From: a virus
Lineage: Duplodnaviria > Caudoviricetes
Virus record (IMG/VR): IMGVR_UViG_3300016265_000654
Span: 1 to 35,597 of that record
Direction: 5' to 3' (one strand)
Length of the DNA stretch: 35,597 nucleotides
The stretch's first letter is position 1, and each line of letters opens with the position of its first letter. This document shows positions 1 to 7,657 of this stretch, one piece after another. The translations under genes and the position numbers were made by a program. The notes below the pieces were generated by a model that saw only the letters and a program-made list of their open reading frames with translations, was not told the origin of the DNA and did not search any database.

Positions 1-376
1 CACCACCCGCAACGCCGAACGCGAGCGGGAAGTTGGCCGGACCGAAAACCGCGACCGGGCCGATCGGGCGGAGCAGGGATCGAAGTTCCGGGCGAGGTTG
101 GGGTTGACGCGCGGGCAGCGCAGGATCGTGGCGCGGCTCCGCCCAGTCCGGGCCGGTGATGAGAGTCGCGAAAAGGCGCAGTTGGCCGCAGGTGCGGTCG
201 ATTTCACCTTCGGCGCGAGCGCGCGGCAGGCCGGTCTCGGCGACAAAACGTGCCGCGAGGGCCATGGTGTGCGCGACCAGTCCATCGGCGATGCGTTGGA
301 GGAGGGCGGCGCGTTCCGCTCCACCTGCGCGGGAGAAGGCGGGGAACGCCGCGGCGGCGGCGCGGGCGGCGGCGGC
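1..376 (-). pseudogene. Internal fragment of a bacterial NADP-dependent aldehyde dehydrogenase (KGSADH-like); non-phage, 5' part missing, runs off the window edge
   Basis: Manual translation antisense to ORF 98..931 gives AAARAAAAAFPAFSRAGGAERAALLQRIADGL...AETGLPRARAEGEIDRTCGQLRLFA...LRPIGPVAVFGPANFPLAFGVAGG. PxGPVAVFGxxNFPLAF..AGG is the hallmark motif of this ALDH subfamily. Similarity is lost above ~376. Confidence 0.85.
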
Positions 377-503
377 GACAGAGGCGGCGGAGCGGGAGGC
401 GGCGCGGGCGGCGGTAAGCGACGCCCAGGCGACAGAACTGCGCCGCGTCTGCCGCGAGATCGAGGCGGGACGAGACCCATATCCAGAGGAGGATGGACGA
501 TGA
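357..503 (+). CDS. C-terminal part of the Ala-rich repeat phage protein that starts at 35203 (split by the window ends)
   Basis: Reads AARAAAATEAAEREAARAAVSDAQATELRRVCREIEAGRDPYPEEDGR*, in the same codon phase and Ala-rich style as the window end; ends in an RBS+ATGA junction. Confidence 0.65.
   Translation, partial: AARAAAATEAAEREAARAAVSDAQATELRRVCREIEAGRDPYPEEDGR
488..503 (+). repeat. Junction repeat family B (GGAGGAYGG(G)ACGATGA): RBS plus overlapping start/stop
   Basis: Copies at 488-503, 34732-34748 and 35191-35206. Confidence 0.75.
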
Positions 504-931
504 GCGACGATTATACGAACGATTTGCTGGAGCGCGCCACAATCGCGCAGGAGCGGGCCTCTGCGGAATACGCAGAGGGCTTGAAGCGCTATGCGGCCGA
601 CCGTTGCGAACGTATCGCGACGGCGGCGATGCAAGCGCTGATAGCAGATCCGAAGTGGGCAGGTCATATGCCGCGCAACGCGCAATGGCCCGAGATGCAG
701 ATCGCGAAAACAGCGGTCAGGTTCGCCCGTTTTCTGATCGCTGAAATCGACCGGGAGCAGGAGTCCGTGACCAGTGTTGAACAGTTGACACGCGACCTCA
801 ATGAGGCGCGCGCGAAACTGAATCGTTTGTCTTCGATATTGTGCGATGCCGAAGGAAATCCATGCTTTCACGGCAGCGACCAAGACTTGGAAGTCGCCCG
901 CGAAGCGCTGAACAAGGAGCCGAAATCATGA
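500..931 (+). CDS. Hypothetical early protein (143 aa) with a degenerate coiled-coil hinge
   Basis: ATG at 500 after GGAGG, ATGA overlap; contains VEQLTRDLNEARAKLNRL. Confidence 0.8.
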   Translation: MSDDYTNDLLERATIAQERASAEYAEGLKRYAADRCERIATAAMQALIADPKWAGHMPRNAQWPEMQIAKTAVRFARFLIAEIDREQESVTSVEQLTRDLNEARAKLNRLSSILCDAEGNPCFHGSDQDLEVAREALNKEPKS

Positions 932-1269
932 CAGACATTCCGACGTGGCGCGAACGCGCAATGGCGCACCCCGACCACCAGTCCGGCATGATCTCCGAGG
1001 AGATGCTTCGCGCGCGGATGGGCGAGGAGATCGCGGATCTAAGGTCGGCGGTGGAGCGCCTGACCCGCGAACGCGACGAGGCGCGCGGCAAAGAAATGTA
1101 TTTCCATGAGGGCTTTGAGGAGGGCTCGAAAACAGCGCAATGGGAAGCAGCAGAGAACGCTCGGCTGCGTGTAGCATTGCAAGAGGCCACGCTGGCAGCG
1201 CATGGTTGCGCGCAATGTCGCGACGAGATCGGCCGCATCTGTCGCGAGGCGCTGGAGGCCAAGCCATGA
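928..1269 (+). CDS. Hypothetical modular coiled-coil protein (113 aa)
   Basis: AAGGAG RBS, ATGA overlap; N-terminus paralogous to 1730..1933; ERLTRERDEAR hinge; ends ALEAKP. Confidence 0.8.
   Translation: MTDIPTWRERAMAHPDHQSGMISEEMLRARMGEEIADLRSAVERLTRERDEARGKEMYFHEGFEEGSKTAQWEAAENARLRVALQEATLAAHGCAQCRDEIGRICREALEAKP
1249..1269 (+). repeat. Junction repeat family A, GCGCTGGAGGCCAAGCCATGA (copy 1)
   Basis: Exact 21-nt copies at 1249-1269, 1913-1933 and 2409-2429; degenerate copies end at 1733 and 2713. Confidence 0.9.
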
Positions 1270-1733
1270 GCGAGAGATTAATCGACGCTGTTTGCCCGCA
1301 TTGCGGGCGGCTGGGAACGACCGTGCGGGTTGTCTTGCACGAAGACGGGTTCACAAAATTGAGCCGCCGCTGCACCGATTGTGCTGGCGAGTGGGTTAAC
1401 TCATTCGATCACGACTGGTTGGCGGGTGCGAAGAATAAAAAGTTGCAAGCGGATAACGAGCGGCTGGCGCATGAGATTGAGCGTTTGACCCGCGAGCGCG
1501 ATGAGGCGCGGGCAGAAGTGGAGAGGATGCGGGTGGAGAACGAGGAGAAGCAGCGGCTGATCGACGCCGATAGCCAGTATCGAAATGATCTGCAAGCCCA
1601 TATCGACAAGACTTATGCGCTGCTCAAGGATTCGAACGTAGTCGCGGTGAACATGCTGCGCGGCGTCATCGCATTGCCGTCCGTCGATCAGATACACCAC
1701 ATCTACCAGCAGAGGCTGGAGGCTGAGCCATGA
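1266..1733 (+). CDS. Hypothetical protein with N-terminal zinc ribbon and coiled-coil hinge (155 aa)
   Basis: CPHC...CTDC; EIERLTRERDEARAEVERM; ATGA overlaps at both ends. Confidence 0.8.
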   Translation: MSERLIDAVCPHCGRLGTTVRVVLHEDGFTKLSRRCTDCAGEWVNSFDHDWLAGAKNKKLQADNERLAHEIERLTRERDEARAEVERMRVENEEKQRLIDADSQYRNDLQAHIDKTYALLKDSNVVAVNMLRGVIALPSVDQIHHIYQQRLEAEP

Positions 1734-1933
1734 GCGACATCCCAACATGGCACGAACGCGCGATGTCGCATCCGGACCACCAGTCCGGCATGGTCTCCGA
1801 GGAAATGATCCGCGCGCGGATGTGCGAGGAGATTGCGGATCTGCGGGCGGAGGTGGAGCGGTTGCAGTCGGAGCTTGACGCCATGAAAGCAGGGTTTGGG
1901 GTCGCGTATCGCGCGCTGGAGGCCAAGCCATGA
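1730..1933 (+). CDS. Hypothetical chimeric module protein (67 aa)
   Basis: N-half matches the 928..1269 product; C-half matches the 2426..2713 product. Confidence 0.8.
   Translation: MSDIPTWHERAMSHPDHQSGMVSEEMIRARMCEEIADLRAEVERLQSELDAMKAGFGVAYRALEAKP
1913..1933 (+). repeat. Junction repeat family A (copy 2)
   Basis: Exact GCGCTGGAGGCCAAGCCATGA. Confidence 0.9.
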
Positions 1934-2148
1934 GCCGCCTGCCGACCATCACTCACGGCCAACGCATCGCTGCGCGCTTCGCGACCGGCTGGTACGGCTC
2001 GTCCGCTGATCGCGAGGAGAAGCTGTCGGCGGCGATTGACCGCCTCGTCCGACGCCGCATGGCAGAGGCGTGGGACAAAGGCGCCGAGCAGTGGTTTTGT
2101 TACGGTGAGCTGTCGATCAACCCTTACCGAAAGCGGAGGAATAAATGA
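1930..2148 (+). CDS. Hypothetical protein (72 aa)
   Basis: RBS within junction repeat; ATGA overlaps; C-terminal EAWDKG...NPYR segment. Confidence 0.75.
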   Translation: MSRLPTITHGQRIAARFATGWYGSSADREEKLSAAIDRLVRRRMAEAWDKGAEQWFCYGELSINPYRKRRNK

Positions 2149-2429
2149 GTGGCGGAAGCATGAATTATCTCTACGTCCAGGTCATGGATGCTAGATTCGA
2201 CACCAACTCCGCAGAGAGAAAGGCACTACGCAAGCATCTTGGACTTGTTGCAAAGGCCTTGAGGTCAATCGAATGGAACGATAGCGGGGATGGAGATGAC
2301 GAGGAGGTCTCCAACATCATGGCCTGCGTATCTCACGCTGATGTCCTAAGGGCAGCAATTGATGATGCCATCGCGGCTCAAAAGGAACTCAGCAGGGTTC
2401 TTGCCAATGCGCTGGAGGCCAAGCCATGA
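2145..2429 (+). CDS. Hypothetical protein (94 aa, MSGGSxNYL start)
   Basis: GGAGG RBS, ATGA overlap, visibly lower GC, ends ALEAKP. Confidence 0.8.
   Translation: MSGGSMNYLYVQVMDARFDTNSAERKALRKHLGLVAKALRSIEWNDSGDGDDEEVSNIMACVSHADVLRAAIDDAIAAQKELSRVLANALEAKP
2409..2429 (+). repeat. Junction repeat family A (copy 3)
   Basis: Exact GCGCTGGAGGCCAAGCCATGA. Confidence 0.9.
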
Positions 2430-2713
2430 CCGACAGTATCGTAATGAGGCTCAGAGGCCTGTCGCTATTCTGGGGGATTTCGTCGCTGGCGGAGGCGGCG
2501 GACGAGATCGAGCGTCTGACCCGCGAGCGTGACGAAGCGCGGGCGGAGGTGGAGCGGCTGCGCGCGGAGATCAAACGGCTGCATCAAGCGCATGAGACAG
2601 CGTGTCAGGGCGGTGAACTGCTGCGTGGCGAGGTTGAGCGGTTGCAGTCGGAGATCGACGCCATGAAAGCGGGATTCGAAATTGCCTACCGAGCGTTGGG
2701 GTCGAAGCCATGA
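2426..2713 (+). CDS. Hypothetical modular coiled-coil protein (95 aa)
   Basis: EAADEIERLTRERDEARAEVERL hinge; C-terminus shared with 1730..1933. Confidence 0.8.
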   Translation: MTDSIVMRLRGLSLFWGISSLAEAADEIERLTRERDEARAEVERLRAEIKRLHQAHETACQGGELLRGEVERLQSEIDAMKAGFEIAYRALGSKP

Positions 2714-2994
2714 TTCAGCACTGGTTCACAGTGATAGATGTCGCCAAAGACCTGGGCGTCGACCTATCTTCCCGCGAAGCATGGGAACTGGGCGCATTGA
2801 TCCGCGACTTATATGAACGGCTGCATGGCCAACTTCCACCCAAAGCCCTGCGACCAAAAACAAACGGCGAAGGATCGCATTGCTTTGCAATTTATCCCGC
2901 CGAATTCAGGCCAAAAATCGAACAGGCCATCCTTGCCATTCCGCGGACCCGCGCGGCTCAGCAGGATTTGTTTTCTGCGGAGAAAGCATTGTGA
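2710..2994 (+). CDS. Hypothetical protein (94 aa), possibly DNA-binding, with C-terminal QQDLF
   Basis: ATGA overlap upstream, GTGA overlap downstream. Confidence 0.7.
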   Translation: MIQHWFTVIDVAKDLGVDLSSREAWELGALIRDLYERLHGQLPPKALRPKTNGEGSHCFAIYPAEFRPKIEQAILAIPRTRAAQQDLFSAEKAL

Positions 2995-3260
2995 GCTGTC
3001 ACCGCCCCGCACCGCTGCCCATCCGCTGGTGGCTGAAGGTCACCGGCTACCGCGCAATCACGATGCCCTGGGGCGCGGCCTACCACTGGCCCTGGCCCGC
3101 CGATCCCGGCTTATTGGCGCACGAACAGGTCCACCTCGACCAGCTGGCGCGCCTCGGCCCTGCGCGGTTCGTCGCGCGCTACCTATGGCTGCTGTTGCGC
3201 CACGGCTACGAAGCGCATCCGATGGAGCGCGAGGCCCGCGAGATCAGCGGCCACCGATGA
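2991..3260 (+). CDS. Small HExxH zincin-like metallopeptidase (DUF4157-like)
   Basis: GTG start overlapping the upstream stop, GGAG RBS; LLAHEQVHLDQ and GYEAHPMEREA motifs. Confidence 0.7.
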   Translation: MSCHRPAPLPIRWWLKVTGYRAITMPWGAAYHWPWPADPGLLAHEQVHLDQLARLGPARFVARYLWLLLRHGYEAHPMEREAREISGHR

Positions 3261-3445
3261 GCCTGCCGCCGGGCGTCCGGATCGAGGACCCCTGCGCCTA
3301 CTGCGGCCGGCGGCTGGCGCAGGTCGCCGAGCTAGGCTGCGGCTCGCAGGAGATGCGCGATGCGGAGCGGTTCTGCCATATTGTCGACTGGGCGCGACGG
3401 CAGGGCGGAAAATCCGGCCAAGGGCAGCCAAAAGCAACGCGGTGA
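3257..3445 (+). CDS. Hypothetical Cys-containing protein (62 aa)
   Basis: ATGA overlap; CAYC...C...C; last gene of the + strand block. Confidence 0.55.
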   Translation: MSLPPGVRIEDPCAYCGRRLAQVAELGCGSQEMRDAERFCHIVDWARRQGGKSGQGQPKATR

Positions 3446-3457
3446 CGCGATGGCCTG

Positions 3458-3841
3458 TCAGCCGGGATACGTCGCCCAAGGCAGCTGAAAATGCGGCCCG
3501 TCGAAAAAGCCCTTGAAGTTCCCGCCCCACTCGACGGGCACGCCCTCGGCCTTTGCCGCCGCCAGGATTTCCGCCGCAAGTTCCTCGTAAGCAGCCCGGT
3601 CCCACCTCGCCGCGCCCTTGTCGCTTAGCGCAACAAGATCGACCGCATGGCCGGTCAGGTGGCGGCTCCGCATCGTTTGCGAGCGCCCCGCCGCCACAAG
3701 CTCGGCCTGCCGGTCCATCGTGCGCAGGCCTTCGGTCACGCGCCACTTGACCTGACCATCACGCGCGGCGCGCTCGAGCGCGCGCACGAGGTCGGGATGA
3801 ACGCCGACGAGACGTTGCCGGTCGCGCTCCGACAGCGTCAC
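3458..3841 (-). CDS. Endolysin, peptidase M15 family (L-Ala-D-Glu peptidase type)
   Basis: L.GVHPDL, TEGLRT..RQ, SRHLTGHAVD, WGG...DGPHFQ motifs. Confidence 0.9.
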   Translation of the reverse strand: MTLSERDRQRLVGVHPDLVRALERAARDGQVKWRVTEGLRTMDRQAELVAAGRSQTMRSRHLTGHAVDLVALSDKGAARWDRAAYEELAAEILAAAKAEGVPVEWGGNFKGFFDGPHFQLPWATYPG

Positions 3842-4230
3842 TTTGCGGCGACGCCCTTCAGCTTTTCAAAAGTGCGCAGGCCGCCAAGCCCAAGCAGGGC
3901 AAACATCAGTTCCCACAAGTTGCCGTCAAGCGCAGGAGGCTTGGCGATTGGCTTGCCCATCACAAAAGCAACCCACATACCGACCGGCACCAGAAGGTAG
4001 GTATAAGCAACCGCTGCCGCGCAGACCCAGCCGATGGCGGGCCGCCACCCGCCAACAAAAAGCGATCCGCTCTCAGCCTCAGCTTTGTTGATTTCGGCCT
4101 GGGCTTTGTCGGCAGCAAACAGGGCATCGCGCATCTCGGCTTCAGCTTTTGCCTTGGCCGCCGGATCTGGAACGAATTTGTCCAAAACCTTCAACCCGGC
4201 CGCGACTGCGTCATCAATGCCAAATGCCAT
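3838..4230 (-). CDS. Holin of the 3TM / GTA-release type
   Basis: LDKFVPDP..KAKA, EA.S.SLFV.GWRPAIGWVC, LLGLGGLRTFEK; adjacent to the endolysin. Confidence 0.85.
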   Translation of the reverse strand: MAFGIDDAVAAGLKVLDKFVPDPAAKAKAEAEMRDALFAADKAQAEINKAEAESGSLFVGGWRPAIGWVCAAAVAYTYLLVPVGMWVAFVMGKPIAKPPALDGNLWELMFALLGLGGLRTFEKLKGVAAK

Positions 4231-4242
4231 GCGCGCCTCCCC

Positions 4243-4485
4243 TTAAGTTTTGTCGGCCTTCTGCTCAAGCCGATCAAAGATCTTCTGCAACAGCGCTTTG
4301 ATCTCGGCCAGATCGGCCGCGTAGTCGACGCGCTTGACATAGTGGCTGGGCAGATTGACCTCAAGTTCGTGTAGGTCCGAACGCAGCTCTTTGACCGCCT
4401 CCCACACCTGCCGAGCGAACCAACCGATCCCGGCCAAGACGACGCCGCCAATCAGGTTGATCATGGTCTGCGGGTCGATCATCAC
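4243..4485 (-). CDS. Small membrane protein (1 TM + coiled coil) in the lysis region
   Basis: Hydrophobic LIGGVVLAGIGWF followed by a helical tail ending RLEQKADK. Confidence 0.75.
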   Translation of the reverse strand: MMIDPQTMINLIGGVVLAGIGWFARQVWEAVKELRSDLHELEVNLPSHYVKRVDYAADLAEIKALLQKIFDRLEQKADKT

Positions 4486-5933
4486 AGGATCTCCGTCACG
4501 GTGATGGTGGACATGGCTTTTCCGCCATAAACGCGAGAGCCGCTGACGCCGTTCATTCCAACCGTTCCGGCGTTATTTGAGCCGCAACGGAATTTGAATG
4601 TCGTTGCCGATGTGCTGCTGGCGGCGACGATAACGCTGATTACGCTGACAAACAATTCATTGGCCAGCAGATATTGACCTTGTGCAGCGATTGCATCGGC
4701 GGTGCTGTCACGAAACAGAGCGGACGTCAAAGTTCCGTTCACGTTGGCCGCCAAATTGGCGTTGACCTGAATCAGCAGGTTGCTGCTGGCCGACTTTGGC
4801 GTGATCGAAACGGTCAGGAACTCGTTTCCCTCTGTATTTTGCGGGATCGTGTCATCTGCGGGCGTCGTGGTCGTGCCGCTGGCATAGGCCGAACTGGACG
4901 CCGACACCTGCTGCAAGATTTTGCTTGCCGTCGTCTGCGTCGTCCCATCGGGGAACTTGACGCCGCCGGTCGTGCTTTCGATGGTCCCGGCCACGGTAAG
5001 CAACTGGCCCGGCGCGTTGGTGCCGATGCCGACCTTGCCGCTTGACGCGACGCGAAGCGCCTCGGCGCCGTTCACGATGCCGATCAGGGCGTCAACGGTG
5101 TGATCGTATTGCAGCGCACCGATAGTGTCGGACGCGGTGTCGCCGAAGTTCACGATTGACTTGTTGGTCGACGGCGCCTTCAGCAGCAGCGGCGCATCGG
5201 CCGCAGCGGGCGCCGACACGCTTAGAAGCTGCGACGGAGTCGTCGTGCCGACGCCGACGCGGTTGTTGGCGGCGTCGATGAACAGGACGTCGGTGTCGAA
5301 GGCGAGGTTGTTGGGAATAGACGCGGCGGAACTGTTGATGGTCAGGGCGTCGCCAGCGGCATCGCCGATGGTTGTGGAGCCAATCGAGCTGAACGAGTTT
5401 GTGATGGTTAGCGTCCGGATGCCGCTGGGATTCGCGACCAAAAATTGCGCGCCGTCATAGACAATTATGTAAATCAATCCCGAAAGCAGACCGCCAGCGG
5501 CAAGATTCGCGCCGTTTGATAGGTTTTTGGCGCCTAATCCATCAATGTTGATTGTTGGATTTGAGCTGCAAGTCCCCGCCGCTTTGAACCAAAACGCCTG
5601 ACCGGCCGTGTATCCGGTAAGCGCCGGAGACGCGGTTGCGGTGATTGTGGTCGAGCCAGAGACCGCCAGATAGCTTGCCGTCAATCCCTGCAACTGCCCC
5701 AACGCAACGCTATCCGTTGCGGCCGACCCATTGCTCAGCCCCGTCAGTTTGAACCCACCCATCGGCAGATTCCCGGTCGCAGTCGACTGCCCATCCTTGC
5801 ACATGGCCGTCGAAAGGCCCGTGGCGAGATCCGCCGTCAGCGCATTGAACGCGGTCGCGGTGATGGCCGTGCCAGCGGCGACGGGCTGGCCGGTGCTGTT
5901 GATGACGAAGGTTCCGGCGCCGTTGTAGCTCAT
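4482..5933 (-). CDS. Tail fibre / receptor-binding protein
   Basis: MSYNG.GTF N-terminal anchor; Gly/Thr/Ala-rich; two VG(V/I)GT..P..LL.V repeats; position just before the lysis genes. Confidence 0.75.
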   Translation of the reverse strand: MSYNGAGTFVINSTGQPVAAGTAITATAFNALTADLATGLSTAMCKDGQSTATGNLPMGGFKLTGLSNGSAATDSVALGQLQGLTASYLAVSGSTTITATASPALTGYTAGQAFWFKAAGTCSSNPTINIDGLGAKNLSNGANLAAGGLLSGLIYIIVYDGAQFLVANPSGIRTLTITNSFSSIGSTTIGDAAGDALTINSSAASIPNNLAFDTDVLFIDAANNRVGVGTTTPSQLLSVSAPAAADAPLLLKAPSTNKSIVNFGDTASDTIGALQYDHTVDALIGIVNGAEALRVASSGKVGIGTNAPGQLLTVAGTIESTTGGVKFPDGTTQTTASKILQQVSASSSAYASGTTTTPADDTIPQNTEGNEFLTVSITPKSASSNLLIQVNANLAANVNGTLTSALFRDSTADAIAAQGQYLLANELFVSVISVIVAASSTSATTFKFRCGSNNAGTVGMNGVSGSRVYGGKAMSTITVTEIL

Positions 5934-7657
5934 CGGGGCTGCTCCTGCGGCTGATAGCGTTCGACAGCGGCGCCATAGCGCGCTGCGGTGATGGGGCTTG
6001 GCATGGCGCGGGCTGCGCGCGTCTGCCGGAGGGCTTCGGCTAAGCGTTGTGCGCCGCCAGCTGCGCGGGCGCCCGCATGGACGGTTTCGCCAACGACGCG
6101 CGGAGAGGCGGCCGCAAGCGCCGGCAAGAACGCCGGATTAACAAGTGCGGTCCCGGCTCCGGCAAGCATGGCGCCAAGCGACTGCATTCCGCGCGGCTGC
6201 GCGGCGCTCAGCGACTGCCCGGCCATCATCGGGTAAAGGTTCTCCGCGCCGGCCTGCTCAAGCGCGCGCGCGAGGCGTTCGCGATAGCCATATGCCGCCT
6301 GCACGTTGTTGCGCATCACGCTCTGGAGCTTGCGCACTTGCGTGTCGACATTTGCGCCAGGACGCATTGACAGCGTGTTTTCGATCTGCTGAATCAGCTG
6401 GCTCGCGGTTGAATAATCGGCCATCGCCTTGCTGTAAGACGGCGCCTGCTGCTCAATTTCCTTTTTCAGCGAATTGTAGATTTCTCGACCGATGGCAACC
6501 GCACGCTTTTGATCAATCGGTATCGCCTCGACAATTGAGCCGATTTTTTGTTTCAGCGCATCCATGCCGATGGGCGTGTGATACTCGGCCGGATCGAGCA
6601 TCTTCCATTGATTGATCGCCTGCGCCATCTCGTTAAGCGCATCGGCGGCCCGCTCGTTGACCGTAACGCCCTTGAACTGGGCCTTGCTCATCGAATCGGA
6701 AATCGCGCGATCAATGCGCGCGAAGTCCAGCACCGCAGGATCGGAGCGGACTGCGGCCATGTTGTTGAGGTAGTCGGCTTGTCGCGCCTGTCGGATAGCC
6801 TCAAGGCCGCTTTTGGCCTCCGAAACGATGTTCTCAATCGGTTCGGCCGCACGCATTTGTGCGCGAAATGCCTGACCAGCTTCGCCGCCCTCAAAGCCGG
6901 CGCGCGCCGCTTCTTTAATTGGCGCGCCTCCGACCCCGGTTGTGACGCCAAGGACATTTGCGCCGACCGTGCCGGCGCCACGCGCCGTTGCCGCCACACC
7001 CCTCGCCGCCGCCATCAGCGGATCGACGGCCTCGCCAACGCGCGCCACGCCGCCGCCGATGGTGCTGGCCAGTTCTCCGGCCTTGGCCGCAGCGCCGCCC
7101 GCAGTCGCCGCCCGCTGCGCCATCGCGCCGCCGCGCGCGATTGCGGAGCCGCCCCCGGTCAGCAGCATTGACAAATCGCTGGCCGCTCCAACCGGATCGG
7201 TGGCAAGGGTGCGGCGCAGGGCCTCTTCGCTGCCATACCGGTCGGCCAAGATGCCGCCAGCTGCCGATGCTGCGTCGGAGATGCGTTTTGTCGTTTCCGG
7301 ACTGCTTCCGATGCGGTCGAGGACGTTCCGCACGCCCTCGGGAACGGCCGCACGCAGCGCACCTGCGCCGATGTCGAGCGCGGTGCCAATGGTCTGGATC
7401 GGACTACTGACGGCCTCGTAGATGCCTTTGGCAAATTGCCCGGCGCTCGGCAGAATGTTGCCCAGCGCCTGACCGGGAACCTGCGCCCAAGTCGGTGCGG
7501 CCTCGGGCGCTGCGGCAGGCACAGCTTCCGGAGCCTGGGTTTTCGAGGAATCAGGGCCAGTTGGCGTCGCTTGATATGCCGTCCACGGTCCTGGCGCAGA
7601 AGGCGCCGCAGGCGCGGGTTGCGCTTGCGATTGATACTGCGTCCACGGGCCGCTCAT
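5930..7657 (-). CDS. Putative DNA ejection / internal virion protein (575 aa)
   Basis: Duplicated GPW..YQ N-terminal motif; Ala/Gly-rich helical body; third gene of an ejection-protein trio. Confidence 0.6.
   Translation of the reverse strand: MSGPWTQYQSQAQPAPAAPSAPGPWTAYQATPTGPDSSKTQAPEAVPAAAPEAAPTWAQVPGQALGNILPSAGQFAKGIYEAVSSPIQTIGTALDIGAGALRAAVPEGVRNVLDRIGSSPETTKRISDAASAAGGILADRYGSEEALRRTLATDPVGAASDLSMLLTGGGSAIARGGAMAQRAATAGGAAAKAGELASTIGGGVARVGEAVDPLMAAARGVAATARGAGTVGANVLGVTTGVGGAPIKEAARAGFEGGEAGQAFRAQMRAAEPIENIVSEAKSGLEAIRQARQADYLNNMAAVRSDPAVLDFARIDRAISDSMSKAQFKGVTVNERAADALNEMAQAINQWKMLDPAEYHTPIGMDALKQKIGSIVEAIPIDQKRAVAIGREIYNSLKKEIEQQAPSYSKAMADYSTASQLIQQIENTLSMRPGANVDTQVRKLQSVMRNNVQAAYGYRERLARALEQAGAENLYPMMAGQSLSAAQPRGMQSLGAMLAGAGTALVNPAFLPALAAASPRVVGETVHAGARAAGGAQRLAEALRQTRAARAMPSPITAARYGAAVERYQPQEQPR

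Noticed and set aside
340-420. Prophage attachment site at the ALDH/phage junction
   Set aside because: No integrase was recognised, the junction interrupts a phage gene, and the shared sequence is low-complexity GCG repeat.
98-499. N-terminal extension of ORF 98..931, and ORF 156..503 as a full gene
   Set aside because: These are largely antisense shadows of the ALDH fragment. The real start is ATG 500 with a GGAGG RBS, and only ~357-503 of the second ORF looks like phage coding.
928-1933. Diversity-generating retroelement TR/VR pair in the duplicated DIPTW module
   Set aside because: Differences are not adenine-specific, both copies are coding, and no reverse transcriptase is in the window.
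1249-2429. CRISPR array or integron attC sites formed by the 21-nt repeats
   Set aside because: Spacing is 500-660 nt of coding DNA, the repeats are not palindromic, and no cas or intI gene is present.
4243-4485. Spanin
   Set aside because: No lipobox-containing partner was found nearby, so the function cannot be supported.
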